Assembly (NCBI GenBank): GCA_037189525.1
Contig: JBBCJC010000005.1
Location: 160,001-224,000 of the forward strand
Length of the DNA: 64,000 nt
Reading direction: 5' to 3'
DNA from: Gemmatimonadales bacterium
GTDB taxonomy: Bacteria; Gemmatimonadota; Gemmatimonadetes; Gemmatimonadales; GWC2-71-9
This document shows positions 1-9,872 of the stretch, piece after piece. The translations under genes were made by a program, and so were the position numbers. The number at the start of each line of letters is the position of its first letter. The stretch's first letter is position 1. Below the pieces are notes generated by a model. That model ran no database searches, was not told the DNA's origin, and was given only the letters and a program-made list of their open reading frames with translations.

Positions 1-1
1 C

Positions 2-397
2 CTGTCCATCGTCGCCGGCCTTCTTTCGCTGACCGCGGGCGCGCTCGCGGCCCAGCAGGCGAGCCCACCCAGCGAAGGTGAGCAGATCTTCCAGACGGTC
101 TGTGCGATGTGCCATTCGGTGGCGCCGCCGCCCAAGCTGGCGCCGCCAATCTCGCACGCGGCCGCGTATTACATGCGGCGGTTTCCCGACCCGCTACCCC
201 CGCTCGTGGCCTATCTCAAGGAGCCCGCTGCCGCGCGTTCGGCAATGCCGGCACACGTGATCGAGCGGTTCGGGGTCATGCCTCCGCAGTCGCACCTCAG
301 CGATGCCCAGCTCACGGCCGTCGCCAAATACATCTTGTCCGCCGCGGATACTGCGCATGTGAGAGCACAACCCGGGCACCGTCACCACGAGCGGTAG
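2..397 (+). CDS. c-type cytochrome (5'-truncated by window edge)
   Basis: Frame is open from nt 2 (LSIVAGLLSLTAGALAAQQ..., signal-like). It has a CAMCH heme-attachment motif and a distal Met candidate in FGVMPP. Confidence 0.85.
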   Translation: MSIVAGLLSLTAGALAAQQASPPSEGEQIFQTVCAMCHSVAPPPKLAPPISHAAAYYMRRFPDPLPPLVAYLKEPAAARSAMPAHVIERFGVMPPQSHLSDAQLTAVAKYILSAADTAHVRAQPGHRHHER

Positions 398-475
398 GGC
401 ACCTCAACAACGAGGCCCGACCCGGAAGCGATGCGCCGGATCAGACCTCGTCGTCATGACCGTACTGTCCAGCGG

Positions 476-1891
476 CTATTTCACACGCCGCCGCCGCTGT
501 TGCCGGAGTTCGGCTCGAGCCCGGGCTCCGTCCAATCCGGAATCCCGCTCTCCGGAAACATGCATCGCGAGGGACCGGATGTTCGGGAAGCGGAACAGGT
601 CGGTGATCGCCACCGTATGACCGGTCCGCTCCCGGATCTCTGCCACCGCGCGAACCGCCAGCAGCGAGTGGACTCCCAAGTCGAAGAGGTTCGTTGTGGT
701 GTCTACGCAGTCCTGTTCCAGCAATTCGGACCAGAGATCTGCCAGGACCTCCTCGAGCGCTTGCGCCTCCGGCTTCATGTCGGCAGCTGACGGCTGCGCA
801 ACGGGGAGCGCCGCACGCGTTCCCGCCCGATGTAATTGCCGCAACCGGTTCAAGGCTTCGAGCGAGTCGAGCACCCGGTCCACCTCGACGCCGAAGTCGA
901 TGAGGCAGCCCACCTCGTCCACTCCGGCCGCCTGCATCCGATCCAAAGTGTGAAGACAGGATTCGGGTGTCCCGAAGAGTCCGCTGGTCTGGAAGTAGCG
1001 CTCGAAGGAATACTCCAGGGCTGCATCCACCTGCTCTGCCGACAAGCCGTCGACACTCGTCTCCGGAGCCCCGCGGAAGGGAGAGAGGGAGAAGAGATAG
1101 TTCTTGGCCAGCGATACCGAGCTACCGAGGTACCCCTTCATGGGATTCCGGACCAGTTCACGGATATCGGTAGCGTCCTCGGCCACGAAGGTGTGCACCA
1201 TGACGGTGACGGTTCCCTCGCCCGGATGTCCCGCTTCGCGCCATGCCTGCCTGAATCGCTCGATCTTGGGAGCGAGTTGTTCCACGCTCTGCCAGAGGAG
1301 ATGCGTGAGCACGTTCGCTCCGATCCGTCCGGCCATCTCGAACGTATCGGGATTCATGGCCGACGTGATCCACACGGGGAGTTCCGGTCGCACCGGCCTG
1401 GGAAGGGTGTGGACCTCCACCATATCCCCCACCCCGTTGCGTACCCGGAGGGACTCGCCGCGCCAGAGGGCGCGAATCGTCTCCAGCCGCCCGAACAGGA
1501 CGTCCTTGCGCTCCTGGTAGAGATCGGGCGCGAGGATGAAGTCGTTCGGGAACCACCCGGAGGCCACGCCAAGTCCGACCCGCCCGTTGGAGAGGTTGTC
1601 CACCATGGACCACTCCTCGACGACCCGAACGGGATCGTGAAGGGGGACCACGACGCTCCCCGGCCGAATCTCGATCCGCTCCGTCACGGCAGCCAGCGCA
1701 GCGGCGAGCACTGACGGGTTGGGCGACAACCCCCCAAAAGCATGAAAATGACGCTCAGGAGTCCAAACGGAAGAAAAGCCGTGTCGATCTGCGTAGCGGG
1801 CGCTTTCGAGAATCAGGCGGTACCCATCGCGCGCTTCGGCTCCGCCCTCAGAGCTGGCGAAGTAGAAGAGCCCAAAGTCAATCGGTTTCAT
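476..1891 (-). CDS. Natural-product-type luciferase-like (LLM) flavin monooxygenase fused to a C-terminal phosphopantetheine carrier domain
   Basis: Starts MKPIDFGLFYF after a GGAGG RBS. LLM motifs WTPERHFHAFGG and EEWSMVDNLSNGR. Carrier motif FDLGVHSL. Confidence 0.9.
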   Translation of the reverse strand: MKPIDFGLFYFASSEGGAEARDGYRLILESARYADRHGFSSVWTPERHFHAFGGLSPNPSVLAAALAAVTERIEIRPGSVVVPLHDPVRVVEEWSMVDNLSNGRVGLGVASGWFPNDFILAPDLYQERKDVLFGRLETIRALWRGESLRVRNGVGDMVEVHTLPRPVRPELPVWITSAMNPDTFEMAGRIGANVLTHLLWQSVEQLAPKIERFRQAWREAGHPGEGTVTVMVHTFVAEDATDIRELVRNPMKGYLGSSVSLAKNYLFSLSPFRGAPETSVDGLSAEQVDAALEYSFERYFQTSGLFGTPESCLHTLDRMQAAGVDEVGCLIDFGVEVDRVLDSLEALNRLRQLHRAGTRAALPVAQPSAADMKPEAQALEEVLADLWSELLEQDCVDTTTNLFDLGVHSLLAVRAVAEIRERTGHTVAITDLFRFPNIRSLAMHVSGERDSGLDGARARAELRQQRRRRVK

Positions 1892-2500
1892 CGAACCTCC
1901 CGGAAACTCGCACATGGTTGAGATCACAAACGTTGCGCGCAACCGCTGTGCCATTTCGAGCCGCTCGTGGAGTTTGACCATCCGTGCGACCCAGACAGCA
2001 CTTACGCGAGAGCATGTCCTGCGGAGAGACATTCTCGTGTGATAATATCATCTCTATATGAGGTTTTGTTACTACACTTTGTGTGGCAGTTCCGCATCCG
2101 GGACGGGACAAGTCGCCTTTCCAAAGATCAATGCAGGTTTGCAACTCACTGCATTGCGATGGTCGCACCGGCAATTGCGATGAGGATAGACAGCTATTGA
2201 GCCAAAGTCTCCACTTGGATTTGAGGGAGATGTCGTTCACCGCTTAGCCGCCAGCTGCTGCTGCGAAGTTCGAAAAAGCGGAGCGTCGTGAGGCTGGCTG
2301 GCGGGCTACCCTGCATCACGAGTTCGCCCGCATCGAGCCGGTGCATCGGCTGCTGTCCCCCACAGCGTGTCAACCGAGCTACCTTTGATACTGGTTCACC
2401 GAGGTCTCTGACGTGTGCCGACAGTTGTTCTCCCCTATTCTTCGGCGCTATGGTTTAGCAGCCAGACCGGCCCACGAAGACTCCGATATCATGGTGTACG

Positions 2501-3061
2501 ATGACCACAACTGTTCGACCCGGTGAACTTGCCGACGCAGCCGCTCTCGCTGAGCTCGCGGCACGCACCTTTCACGATACGTTCGCCGCGGAGAACGACC
2601 CGGAGGACATGGCACTCCACCTGGCCCAGAGCTATGGAGTTGCTCAGCAGAGCGCTGAACTCCTGGACGCGAATGTCTGTACACTCTTCGCCGAGATCGA
2701 TGGCACACTTGCCGGTTATGCGCAGCTGCGGGGCGGCCCGGCACCGCCGTGCGTGACCGGCGACACGCCCATGGAACTCTGGCGCCTGTATGTCGCCAAA
2801 GAGTGGCATGGCCGCGGTGTCGCCCAGGTCCTCATGAACGCCATTGACGCTGAAGTCCACAGGCGCGGAGCCCGAACCCTCTGGCTCGGCGTTTGGGAAC
2901 GCAATGCACGCGCCAAAGCCTTCTACGGGAAGCATGGGTTTACTGATGTCGGGTCACATACCTTCATGCTTGGTAACGACGAGCAGGTCGACCGGATCTG
3001 GGTGCGGTCGATCGAACCACCCGCAGGAATCGACACGACACCGTCGAAGAAAGCCGTCTGA
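2501..3061 (+). CDS. GNAT N-acetyltransferase (PaiA-like)
   Basis: Motifs RLYV..WHGRGVA and LWLGVWERNARAKAFYGKHGF. Confidence 0.9.
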   Translation: MTTTVRPGELADAAALAELAARTFHDTFAAENDPEDMALHLAQSYGVAQQSAELLDANVCTLFAEIDGTLAGYAQLRGGPAPPCVTGDTPMELWRLYVAKEWHGRGVAQVLMNAIDAEVHRRGARTLWLGVWERNARAKAFYGKHGFTDVGSHTFMLGNDEQVDRIWVRSIEPPAGIDTTPSKKAV

Positions 3062-3481
3062 TCTCGAGTTCGGAGCGCAGCGCCGAAGCTTTTAGCCCCA
3101 GGGTATTCCTTGGGGAGCTACGACAGCTGAGCTCATTGCGCAGCCAGCGGTTGCGGTATCGCGCAATCGGGTCGCAATCGTGTTGGACCAGGTGAGCAAC
3201 GCCGCGCCAATTCTGACCGGGAGGCTCGTTCGTACCAGGAGGGAGACAACCACGGGGACCGCCTCCCCGCCGAGTTTGTCTTGACTGGGTCGAGCGATAC
3301 ATTAAAGCATCACTGAGCCACGGCTGCCGGGGTTCCTGGCCGCTCGAGGTCCGGCAGGCCGTCACTCCCGAGGTGGCCGCCACCATCCGGCGCTATCTGG
3401 CACTCTCGGCCAGCACCTCGGGGTCGGAACACCGGACCCTGTGCAGGATTTCCGCTACGTACACGACGAAAGGCGACATCG

Positions 3482-5332
3482 ATGAGAAATACGACGATGT
3501 TACGACCGTCCGCCCCGGTCGGGCGTCAACACTCTCCGCCTCGCATCGTCTCTACATCCCCGCACCCGCTCCCCCGTATTGCTCTCGCTGGGTGCGTCCT
3601 GCTGGCGCTGGGCTGTACCCGTCCCGCGCCGTCGTCGGTCGCGTCGCCGCTGGCCGGCAAGCGGGCGGAAGGGCGAGGCGGCATGGTGTCCGCGTCGCAA
3701 CCCGAGGCCACACTCGTCGGTGTCTCCATACTGCGCGCGGGCGGCAATGCCGTGGACGCGGCTGTGGCCACGGCGTTTGCCCTCTCGGTGGTGGACCCAT
3801 CGCAGACCGGAATCGGCGGCGGCGGCGCGGCGACCGTCTGGATGACGGCCAATCAGCGCATGGACCATCTGTCGTTCTACGGGCGTGCCGGGGAACGTCC
3901 CGAGTGGGGTGCCCCCGAGACTGGTTCCCCCGCAGCGAGGGCCGCGGGTCGCGGCGCCGCCACGCCGGGCATGGTGAACGGTCTCCTCACGCTCCACGAG
4001 AAGTACGGCCGACTGTCGCGCGAACAGGTAATAGCGCCCGCGATCGCACTCGCGCGCGACGGATTCACGGTCTCTCCCCTGCTCGCCCGCACGATCACAT
4101 CCTCGCGGGCGCGTGTGCTCGAGGAACCCGGGGCCGCCGCGCGGTTCATGCCCGATGGAGAACCGCTCCGCCCCGGCGACCGGCTGGTGCAGCCGGAACT
4201 GGCCGCCGTGCTCGAACGGATTTCGGCGGTTGGAGCCGATGGGTTCTATCGGGGCGCGTTTGCCGAACGGCTCGCGCAGCACGTACAGTCCCGCGGCGGC
4301 CTCATCACCGTAGGCGACATGGCCTCGTACAAGAGCGTCTGGATGCGTCCGCTCTGCACGATGTGGCGCGGTTACACCGTGCTCGGCGCGCCACCGCCGA
4401 TGGGCGGCGCCGTGGTGCTGCAGATGCTGCATCTCGCGGAGCTGTCAGGCCTCACACGCGCGACCGGCTACACCGAATCGCCGGCGACTGCGGCGTCGTT
4501 CGCGCAGCTCATCCGGATCGCGCAGGTCGACGGGCAGCGCTGGCGGGGCGACCCGTCCGTGATCGCGGTGCCGGCACGCGGGATGGCGAGCGCGCGTTTC
4601 GCGGCCGCGCGCGCAGCGGAGCTCACCACCCCGATGCGCGACAGCCTCACGTCGGGCGATCCGTGGAGCGCCGACGCCGACACGCCGGACGGTGCCTGCG
4701 CATCGCTCGATCCGTATGCCGCGGCACAACGTCCCGCCGCCGGTGGAGCGTCGGACGGGTCGGACACGTTCGGCGCCGAGCCGCCGTCAGAAGACAGCAG
4801 CTTCACGTCGCACCTGAGTGTGGTGGACCGGGATGGCAACGCGGTGTCGATGACCACCACCGTGGGCGTGCTGTTCGGATCAGGCGTCTGGACCGACGGC
4901 GTCTGGCTCAACTCGGTCGGCCGCAACTTCGACTCGCGGACGCGAGGCACCAATCGTTCCACCAACTCCACCATGTCGCCCACGATCGTCCTCGACGGAC
5001 GGAATGTGCGGCTCGTAGTGGGCGCAGCAGGTTCGCAGTACATCCAGCCGGCCATCGCGCAGGTGAGCGTGCGGATGCTCGCCTTCGGCGAGGACCCGGC
5101 CATGGCGCTCGCCGCACCGCGCCTCCACCCGACGTGGAACTCGCGCGAGGTGGAAGTGGAACCCGGGTTCGGTCCCGAGGTCTACGGCGGCCTGGTGGCG
5201 CGGGGCTTCCGGCCGCGGTCCCGCGTTGGTGACATCATGTTCGGCGGTGTACATGCGGTGTTCGTGACACCGGACGGACGTCGAATCGGCGCGGCCGATA
5301 CGCGAAGGGACGGCTACGCAGCGGGCGAATGA
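3482..5332 (+). CDS. Gamma-glutamyltransferase-family Ntn hydrolase, probable lipoprotein
   Basis: GGNAVDAAVA, GIGGGG, autoprocessing Thr in TSHLSVVD, C-terminal GAADTRRDG, lipobox LALGC. Confidence 0.9.
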   Translation: MRNTTMLRPSAPVGRQHSPPRIVSTSPHPLPRIALAGCVLLALGCTRPAPSSVASPLAGKRAEGRGGMVSASQPEATLVGVSILRAGGNAVDAAVATAFALSVVDPSQTGIGGGGAATVWMTANQRMDHLSFYGRAGERPEWGAPETGSPAARAAGRGAATPGMVNGLLTLHEKYGRLSREQVIAPAIALARDGFTVSPLLARTITSSRARVLEEPGAAARFMPDGEPLRPGDRLVQPELAAVLERISAVGADGFYRGAFAERLAQHVQSRGGLITVGDMASYKSVWMRPLCTMWRGYTVLGAPPPMGGAVVLQMLHLAELSGLTRATGYTESPATAASFAQLIRIAQVDGQRWRGDPSVIAVPARGMASARFAAARAAELTTPMRDSLTSGDPWSADADTPDGACASLDPYAAAQRPAAGGASDGSDTFGAEPPSEDSSFTSHLSVVDRDGNAVSMTTTVGVLFGSGVWTDGVWLNSVGRNFDSRTRGTNRSTNSTMSPTIVLDGRNVRLVVGAAGSQYIQPAIAQVSVRMLAFGEDPAMALAAPRLHPTWNSREVEVEPGFGPEVYGGLVARGFRPRSRVGDIMFGGVHAVFVTPDGRRIGAADTRRDGYAAGE

Positions 5333-5559
5333 GCCAGGGGCAGTTTCGCGCTGTAACATCTCGTGATTTAGGACAGGATGGTCGGCATCAGGGGTCATCG
5401 CGGCCACGCCCGCACATTGGCGCGGCCGCTCGACTTCGGAAGGCACCTGCGGCTGAGACTAGAGCCGTTAGGCCTTCAATGCCCGTGCTGGCGGTTTCAA
5501 AGAATCCGTGGGCAGCGTGATGATGGTGCTCGAGGTCGAGCAAAGGAAATCCGATCGAC

Positions 5560-6252
5560 ATGGCCAAGCGCATACTTCACGTCGTCAGCAACGTCGCCCA
5601 CTATGCAGATCCGTCCGATCCGACCGGTTTGTGGCTATCGGAGCTGACCCATGCCTGGCACGTCTTTGATACAGAGGGGTACGAGCAGCGTCTCGTAAGC
5701 CCCAAAGGCGGTGTCTCCCCACTAGAGCCTCGCTCCCTCAAATGGCCACTTGCTGATGCGTCGGTAAAGGCATGGTTAGCTGACCCGGCGAGATCTGCGT
5801 TACTGTCGACTACTGCCCGGCCCGATGAGATCGACCCGGCGGATTTCGATGCCATCTACTTTACCGGTGGGCACGCCGTCATGTGGGATTTTCCCAATGA
5901 CGCGGGGCTCCAGCGGATCACACGCGCCATCTACGAACGCGGCGGGATCGTTTCGTCCGTGTGCCATGGCTATTGCGGCCTACTCAATGTCCAGCTGACG
6001 GACGGTACCTTACTGGTTACCGGGCGCAGAATCACCGGTTTTTCCTGGCGGGAGGAAGTGCTGGCTGGTGTCGCCAAGAAGATGCCCTACAATGCCGAAG
6101 AGGAGATGAAGCGGCGAGGCGCGCTCTACGAGAAAGCCTGGCTGCCATTCGTCTCGAAGGCCGTCGTCGATGGTCGACTGGTGACCGGCCAAAATCCACA
6201 GTCGGCCAAGGTAACAGCCAAACGAGTTGCGGCCCTCCTACGCGAGGCATGA
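5560..6252 (+). CDS. DJ-1/PfpI family (Hsp31-like) protein
   Basis: TGLWLSEL, GGHAVMWDF, nucleophile elbow SSVCHG, LVTGQNPQS. Confidence 0.9.
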   Translation: MAKRILHVVSNVAHYADPSDPTGLWLSELTHAWHVFDTEGYEQRLVSPKGGVSPLEPRSLKWPLADASVKAWLADPARSALLSTTARPDEIDPADFDAIYFTGGHAVMWDFPNDAGLQRITRAIYERGGIVSSVCHGYCGLLNVQLTDGTLLVTGRRITGFSWREEVLAGVAKKMPYNAEEEMKRRGALYEKAWLPFVSKAVVDGRLVTGQNPQSAKVTAKRVAALLREA

Positions 6253-6704
6253 TAAGGTATTACAGTGGGCGCCAGAATCGCCCGGCCCAACCATGCTAGC
6301 TAGCAGCGTGTATCGTACCCTTCAAAACCCGGATGAATCCATGGCTCGATGCACGCACCTCCTGACGGTTCCGGCCGGCTACCGTCACGCTCGGCACGGG
6401 TTTGTGGATCTTCACATCATGTATCGTAGCTATTCTATAAGACGATGTTTTCGTTGTACCAATGAGCAGCCAGGCAGCCTTGCCTCCGACACCAAAGACC
6501 GGCATGAGACTGACAATCAGAGATCTCGCGGGGCAATGGAGCGCCGTTTGCGGGAAACGCCTTATCGGTAGACGAAGCCAGAGTATGACCGGGTCGTGCT
6601 CAGTGACCTCGGGGAGATCTGGCGCGGCGCGCTCCGGCATCGGCGAATTCATGAACGGCTCAGTGGGACCATTGGCTCGGCACAATGCCATCAAGGTTGG
6701 GCTG

Positions 6705-7846
6705 ATGGCACGATACGTTCGCACGACCGGCCTGGCCGTGATCTGCACGATCTCCGCCGTTTCGTGCGCAGTGCCACGCGCTCCGGAAACCCCAGTCCCC
6801 CAGAGGGTGACTGACGTCCTGGAGCAGAAAATCTGCCTGACGATCGGCGCCCGAGCATATGGCTCGGCCGACCAAGCGAATCGCCGGTAGATCACTCGAC
6901 ATATGTGCAGCCGTTGGTCGAGATCTTTCGCACGGCCCCGCCGATCATGAGGGCGTACCTCTGCTCGATCGACCGAATCTATTTCGACAACCAACTCGCC
7001 TGGAACGCGGACTTTAGAGTCACGACCAACCCGGAGACACAAAGTCGGTACCGAACCATCGGTGTCCGGCGAGGACTGTTGGAGAGAAAAGTCGGTTACG
7101 TCGATTGGGCTACCGGCTGGACCCAACATTGGTGGACCGGCGCACCGATCGACCGGCCGAGCAATGATCCGGCGTTGCCCCGCGTAGAATCCGATCTTCG
7201 CAAGCCCGGCGATGTGCTGTTTCACCTCCTGGCACACGAAATCGCTCATGTCGTGGCATACGACTACCGCCCGGCAATACGACGGCAAGAATCGAACAGG
7301 TTCGAACCGGGGGATTTCGGATTTCTGAGCTGGGTATCACCCGGATACAGTGACTCCACTGGCCGGCACGACGCAGTCGCGCGAGAACCTGGTGTGCAGC
7401 GGGTGCGCATGCTCGACTTCGATGGCAATGTCAGAGCCCGCCTGGCCATGCGCACGGCAATGACACAGCAGGGAGCGCAGTGGGACGCCGGCCTCCATGA
7501 AATCGTTAATTGGCGTCCGGCGCCCCGCAGCGGCATCGCGACATTTTTCGAGCAGCTCGGCCCCTCGAGCTTCACCACGGTGTTTTCCACGTGGGTACCG
7601 GAAGACGACTGGACAGAGTCGTTTGCGATGATGATGCTGACCTCGATTGCGACGCGGCTCGATATCATCAGCGCTGACGGCGGGCGGATCCCTATTCTCG
7701 AGAAGGTGCGGGACCCGAAATCCTCGTTCGCACCAAAGCGCGCATTCATCCAAGAAATCATTGACCGCGCGTTGACGGACATGCGAGTTCGTCATGCCGG
7801 AACGACCGACGCGTGTTTCTCGGCCGCTCTCGACTCGCGCCAATGA
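6705..7846 (+). pseudogene. Frameshifted putative lipoprotein zinc metallopeptidase
   Basis: A lipoprotein-like N-terminus (MARYVRTTGLAVICTISAVSC) stops at 6890. An overlapping frame open from 6815 to 7846 carries HEIAH (HExxH) and EDDWTESFA. Confidence 0.55.
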
Positions 7847-8220
7847 CAATTCCTCCAGATCCGGATGAAACGTCGCTCACGCCCCAAAGCTTCATGGACG
7901 GATGCGCGCGCTCACTCCTCTGGCTGGGAGGCTCCGGTCTGTTCCTGTTTATTCTTGCCCGGATCGCGGGGCAGTCGGAACGTCGCTTCGGAGTCCTCTT
8001 ACTAGGATTCGCTGTCATTTGCTTTGCCTGGGCGGTGGGACGGCCACCGTTTGTCACCTTGCTCCGTTTCCACTCCTCACTTCGATGGTTGGGGCAATGG
8101 TCACCCCTCCCTTCCCGAGTCGAGCCTGCACCGCCAAGTTACCCGAAGAGGGGGCGCGGCCGTTCGGCTCTGGCCGCTGCTCGAGCCCGAAAGTCGATAG
8201 CCGAACCAGGCTGGCCATGA
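7843..8220 (+). CDS. Hypothetical small membrane protein
   Basis: Two hydrophobic segments. ATGA overlaps with both neighbouring genes. Confidence 0.6.
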   Translation: MTIPPDPDETSLTPQSFMDGCARSLLWLGGSGLFLFILARIAGQSERRFGVLLLGFAVICFAWAVGRPPFVTLLRFHSSLRWLGQWSPLPSRVEPAPPSYPKRGRGRSALAAARARKSIAEPGWP

Positions 8221-8630
8221 GAACACGGAAGCAGCTCATCTCGTCAGGTAGTCCATTCGAAGCTCAGGTAGGGTTCTCGCGCGCGGTTCGCGTCGGCGAC
8301 ATCGTGCATATCGCGGGAACCGCGCCTATCGGAGCCGATGGCCAGGCGGCGTGCATCGGAGATCCGGCGGGACAGGCTCGTCGCTGTTTCGAGATCGTTC
8401 GCGACACCCTCGAAAAGGCCGGCGGGTCTTTGGCAGATGTGGTCCGAACTAGGATTTTCCTCACGCGTATCGACGACTGGCCCATCGTTGCGCACGTTCA
8501 TGGGGAAGTGTTCGGCGCGATCCGTCCGGTGTGTACCGTTATGCAGGTCAGTCGCTTCATCGACCCCAACTGGCTCCTGGAAGTCGAAGCGGATGCGATC
8601 ATCGGCGCCAGCGAGGGGATAGCGAGTTGA
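8217..8630 (+). CDS. RidA/YjgF family protein
   Basis: SSGSPFEAQVGFSRAVRVG, DVVRTRIFL, IRPVCT, LLEVEADA. Confidence 0.9.
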   Translation: MRTRKQLISSGSPFEAQVGFSRAVRVGDIVHIAGTAPIGADGQAACIGDPAGQARRCFEIVRDTLEKAGGSLADVVRTRIFLTRIDDWPIVAHVHGEVFGAIRPVCTVMQVSRFIDPNWLLEVEADAIIGASEGIAS

Positions 8631-8640
8631 GGAGGGTGCC

Positions 8641-9045
8641 ATGAGACCGACGTTCGTCGCAGTCATCCTCGCGGGTCTTGGTATTGCCTGCGGAGCCACC
8701 AATCCGTGTGCATGCCCACCCGAACGGCCGGAAGTAGAAATCCGCGGGACCGTAACCACGGCTGGTAATCAGCCAGTCAATGGCGCAACGATTCATACCT
8801 ATGTGGGTCGTCCACTCTGCCCCGCGCGGGACGCATGGCTCGAGGATAGTCGTCCGTTGACGACCGGTACGTCCGGAGAATATTTCCGGTGGAGCTATGC
8901 GCGGCCGCCGGCCACCACATTCTGTCTCCGTGTCGTCGCCTATCGGCAGGCACATATGGACAGCGTCGTCGTGGAGCAGGTCGTCACGGATACGGCGCGA
9001 TCGCGCCCGGGCCAGTTTCGCGTGGACCTGGCGTTCTCGGAGTGA
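8641..9045 (+). CDS. Hypothetical lipoprotein with a beta-sandwich (carboxypeptidase-regulatory-like) domain
   Basis: GGAGG RBS, lipobox GIAC, IRGTVT..GNQPVNGATI pattern. Confidence 0.65.
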   Translation: MRPTFVAVILAGLGIACGATNPCACPPERPEVEIRGTVTTAGNQPVNGATIHTYVGRPLCPARDAWLEDSRPLTTGTSGEYFRWSYARPPATTFCLRVVAYRQAHMDSVVVEQVVTDTARSRPGQFRVDLAFSE

Positions 9046-9102
9046 GCGCCGAGATGGCGTGACCGTGGCCCGACGGTCGATCTGCTAGATTCACCTCCTC
9101 CT

Positions 9103-9759
9103 ATGCGATTCATCGAACTTCTCGGCGTTGCCGTGTTTGCCATCAGCGGCGCTCTGGCTGGCGGGCGGAAGCGCCTCGATCTCTTCGGCGTGACCGTGAT
9201 CGCCACGGTCACCTCGATCGGGGGCGGCACGCTGCGCGATCTCCTGCTCGATCGCCATCCGGTCTTTTGGATCGCCGACCCCAGCTATCTCTGGGCAGTC
9301 TTCGCCGGAACCGCGGCAACCGTCGCCTACACGCGCCTGTGGGTCGCCGCCACCCGTAAGGCCCTGCTCGTCGCGGATGCACTCGGCCTGGCGCTCTTTT
9401 CCATCGGCGGAACTCAGATCGCCCTCCAGGCGGGCCAGTCGCCGCTCATCGCGGTCCTGATGGGAATGACCACGGGAGTGGCGGGCGGAATGCTTCGCGA
9501 TCTCCTCACCGGCGAGATCCCGTTGATCCTGCGCCCCGGACGGCTCTACGCGACTGCGGCGATTGCGGGTCCTATCGTCTTCCTGCTCCTGCGCCCCGTT
9601 GCTGCTGTCGCGGCGCCCTGGGTCGGTATGGTGATCGTAGCCGGGCTCCGCCTGCTGGCCATCCGGTACGAGCTCACCCTACCCGTGATCACGGTACCTT
9701 CGGACACCGCAGAGCACCCGGTTCCCCCGAAAGGGCCGGACTCTCCGCCAGGCGCGTGA
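9103..9759 (+). CDS. TRIC/UPF0126 (YadS-like) membrane protein
   Basis: FAISGAL, GGGTLRDLLL and its second-half counterpart GVAGGMLRDLL. Confidence 0.9.
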   Translation: MRFIELLGVAVFAISGALAGGRKRLDLFGVTVIATVTSIGGGTLRDLLLDRHPVFWIADPSYLWAVFAGTAATVAYTRLWVAATRKALLVADALGLALFSIGGTQIALQAGQSPLIAVLMGMTTGVAGGMLRDLLTGEIPLILRPGRLYATAAIAGPIVFLLLRPVAAVAAPWVGMVIVAGLRLLAIRYELTLPVITVPSDTAEHPVPPKGPDSPPGA

Positions 9760-9872
9760 CAGGCAGACGACCGCCGCAGGAGCTTCATAACGCATGGCGA
9801 CGACGTCACGGACGTGGGAGAACACCTCCAGCCGGCGGACGTTAGATTACCGATCCGAGATACACGCCCCGC

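Noticed and set aside
1892..2032. Upstream ORF-track extensions (LLM to 2032, ECF to 32704, kinase to 31734, amidase from 32428, alr to 52381)
   Set aside because: They overlap other genes or lack family similarity. Downstream starts fit RBS position and domain boundaries better.
3270..3420. LDWVERYIK... segment resembling a tyrosine recombinase/integron integrase fragment
   Set aside because: Too short, and no catalytic R-H-R-Y motifs follow, so the match could be chance.
3373..5232. Long alternate-frame and antisense ORFs (e.g. 3373-5232, 18824-20758, 42022-43881, 42986-45403, 45735-47786)
   Set aside because: These are low-complexity Arg/Gly/Ala-rich or antisense shadows of recognisable genes, as expected in high-GC DNA.
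6888..6890. TAG readthrough (pyrrolysine/recoding) joining the 6705 and 6905 ORFs
   Set aside because: The two ORFs are in different frames, so readthrough cannot join them.
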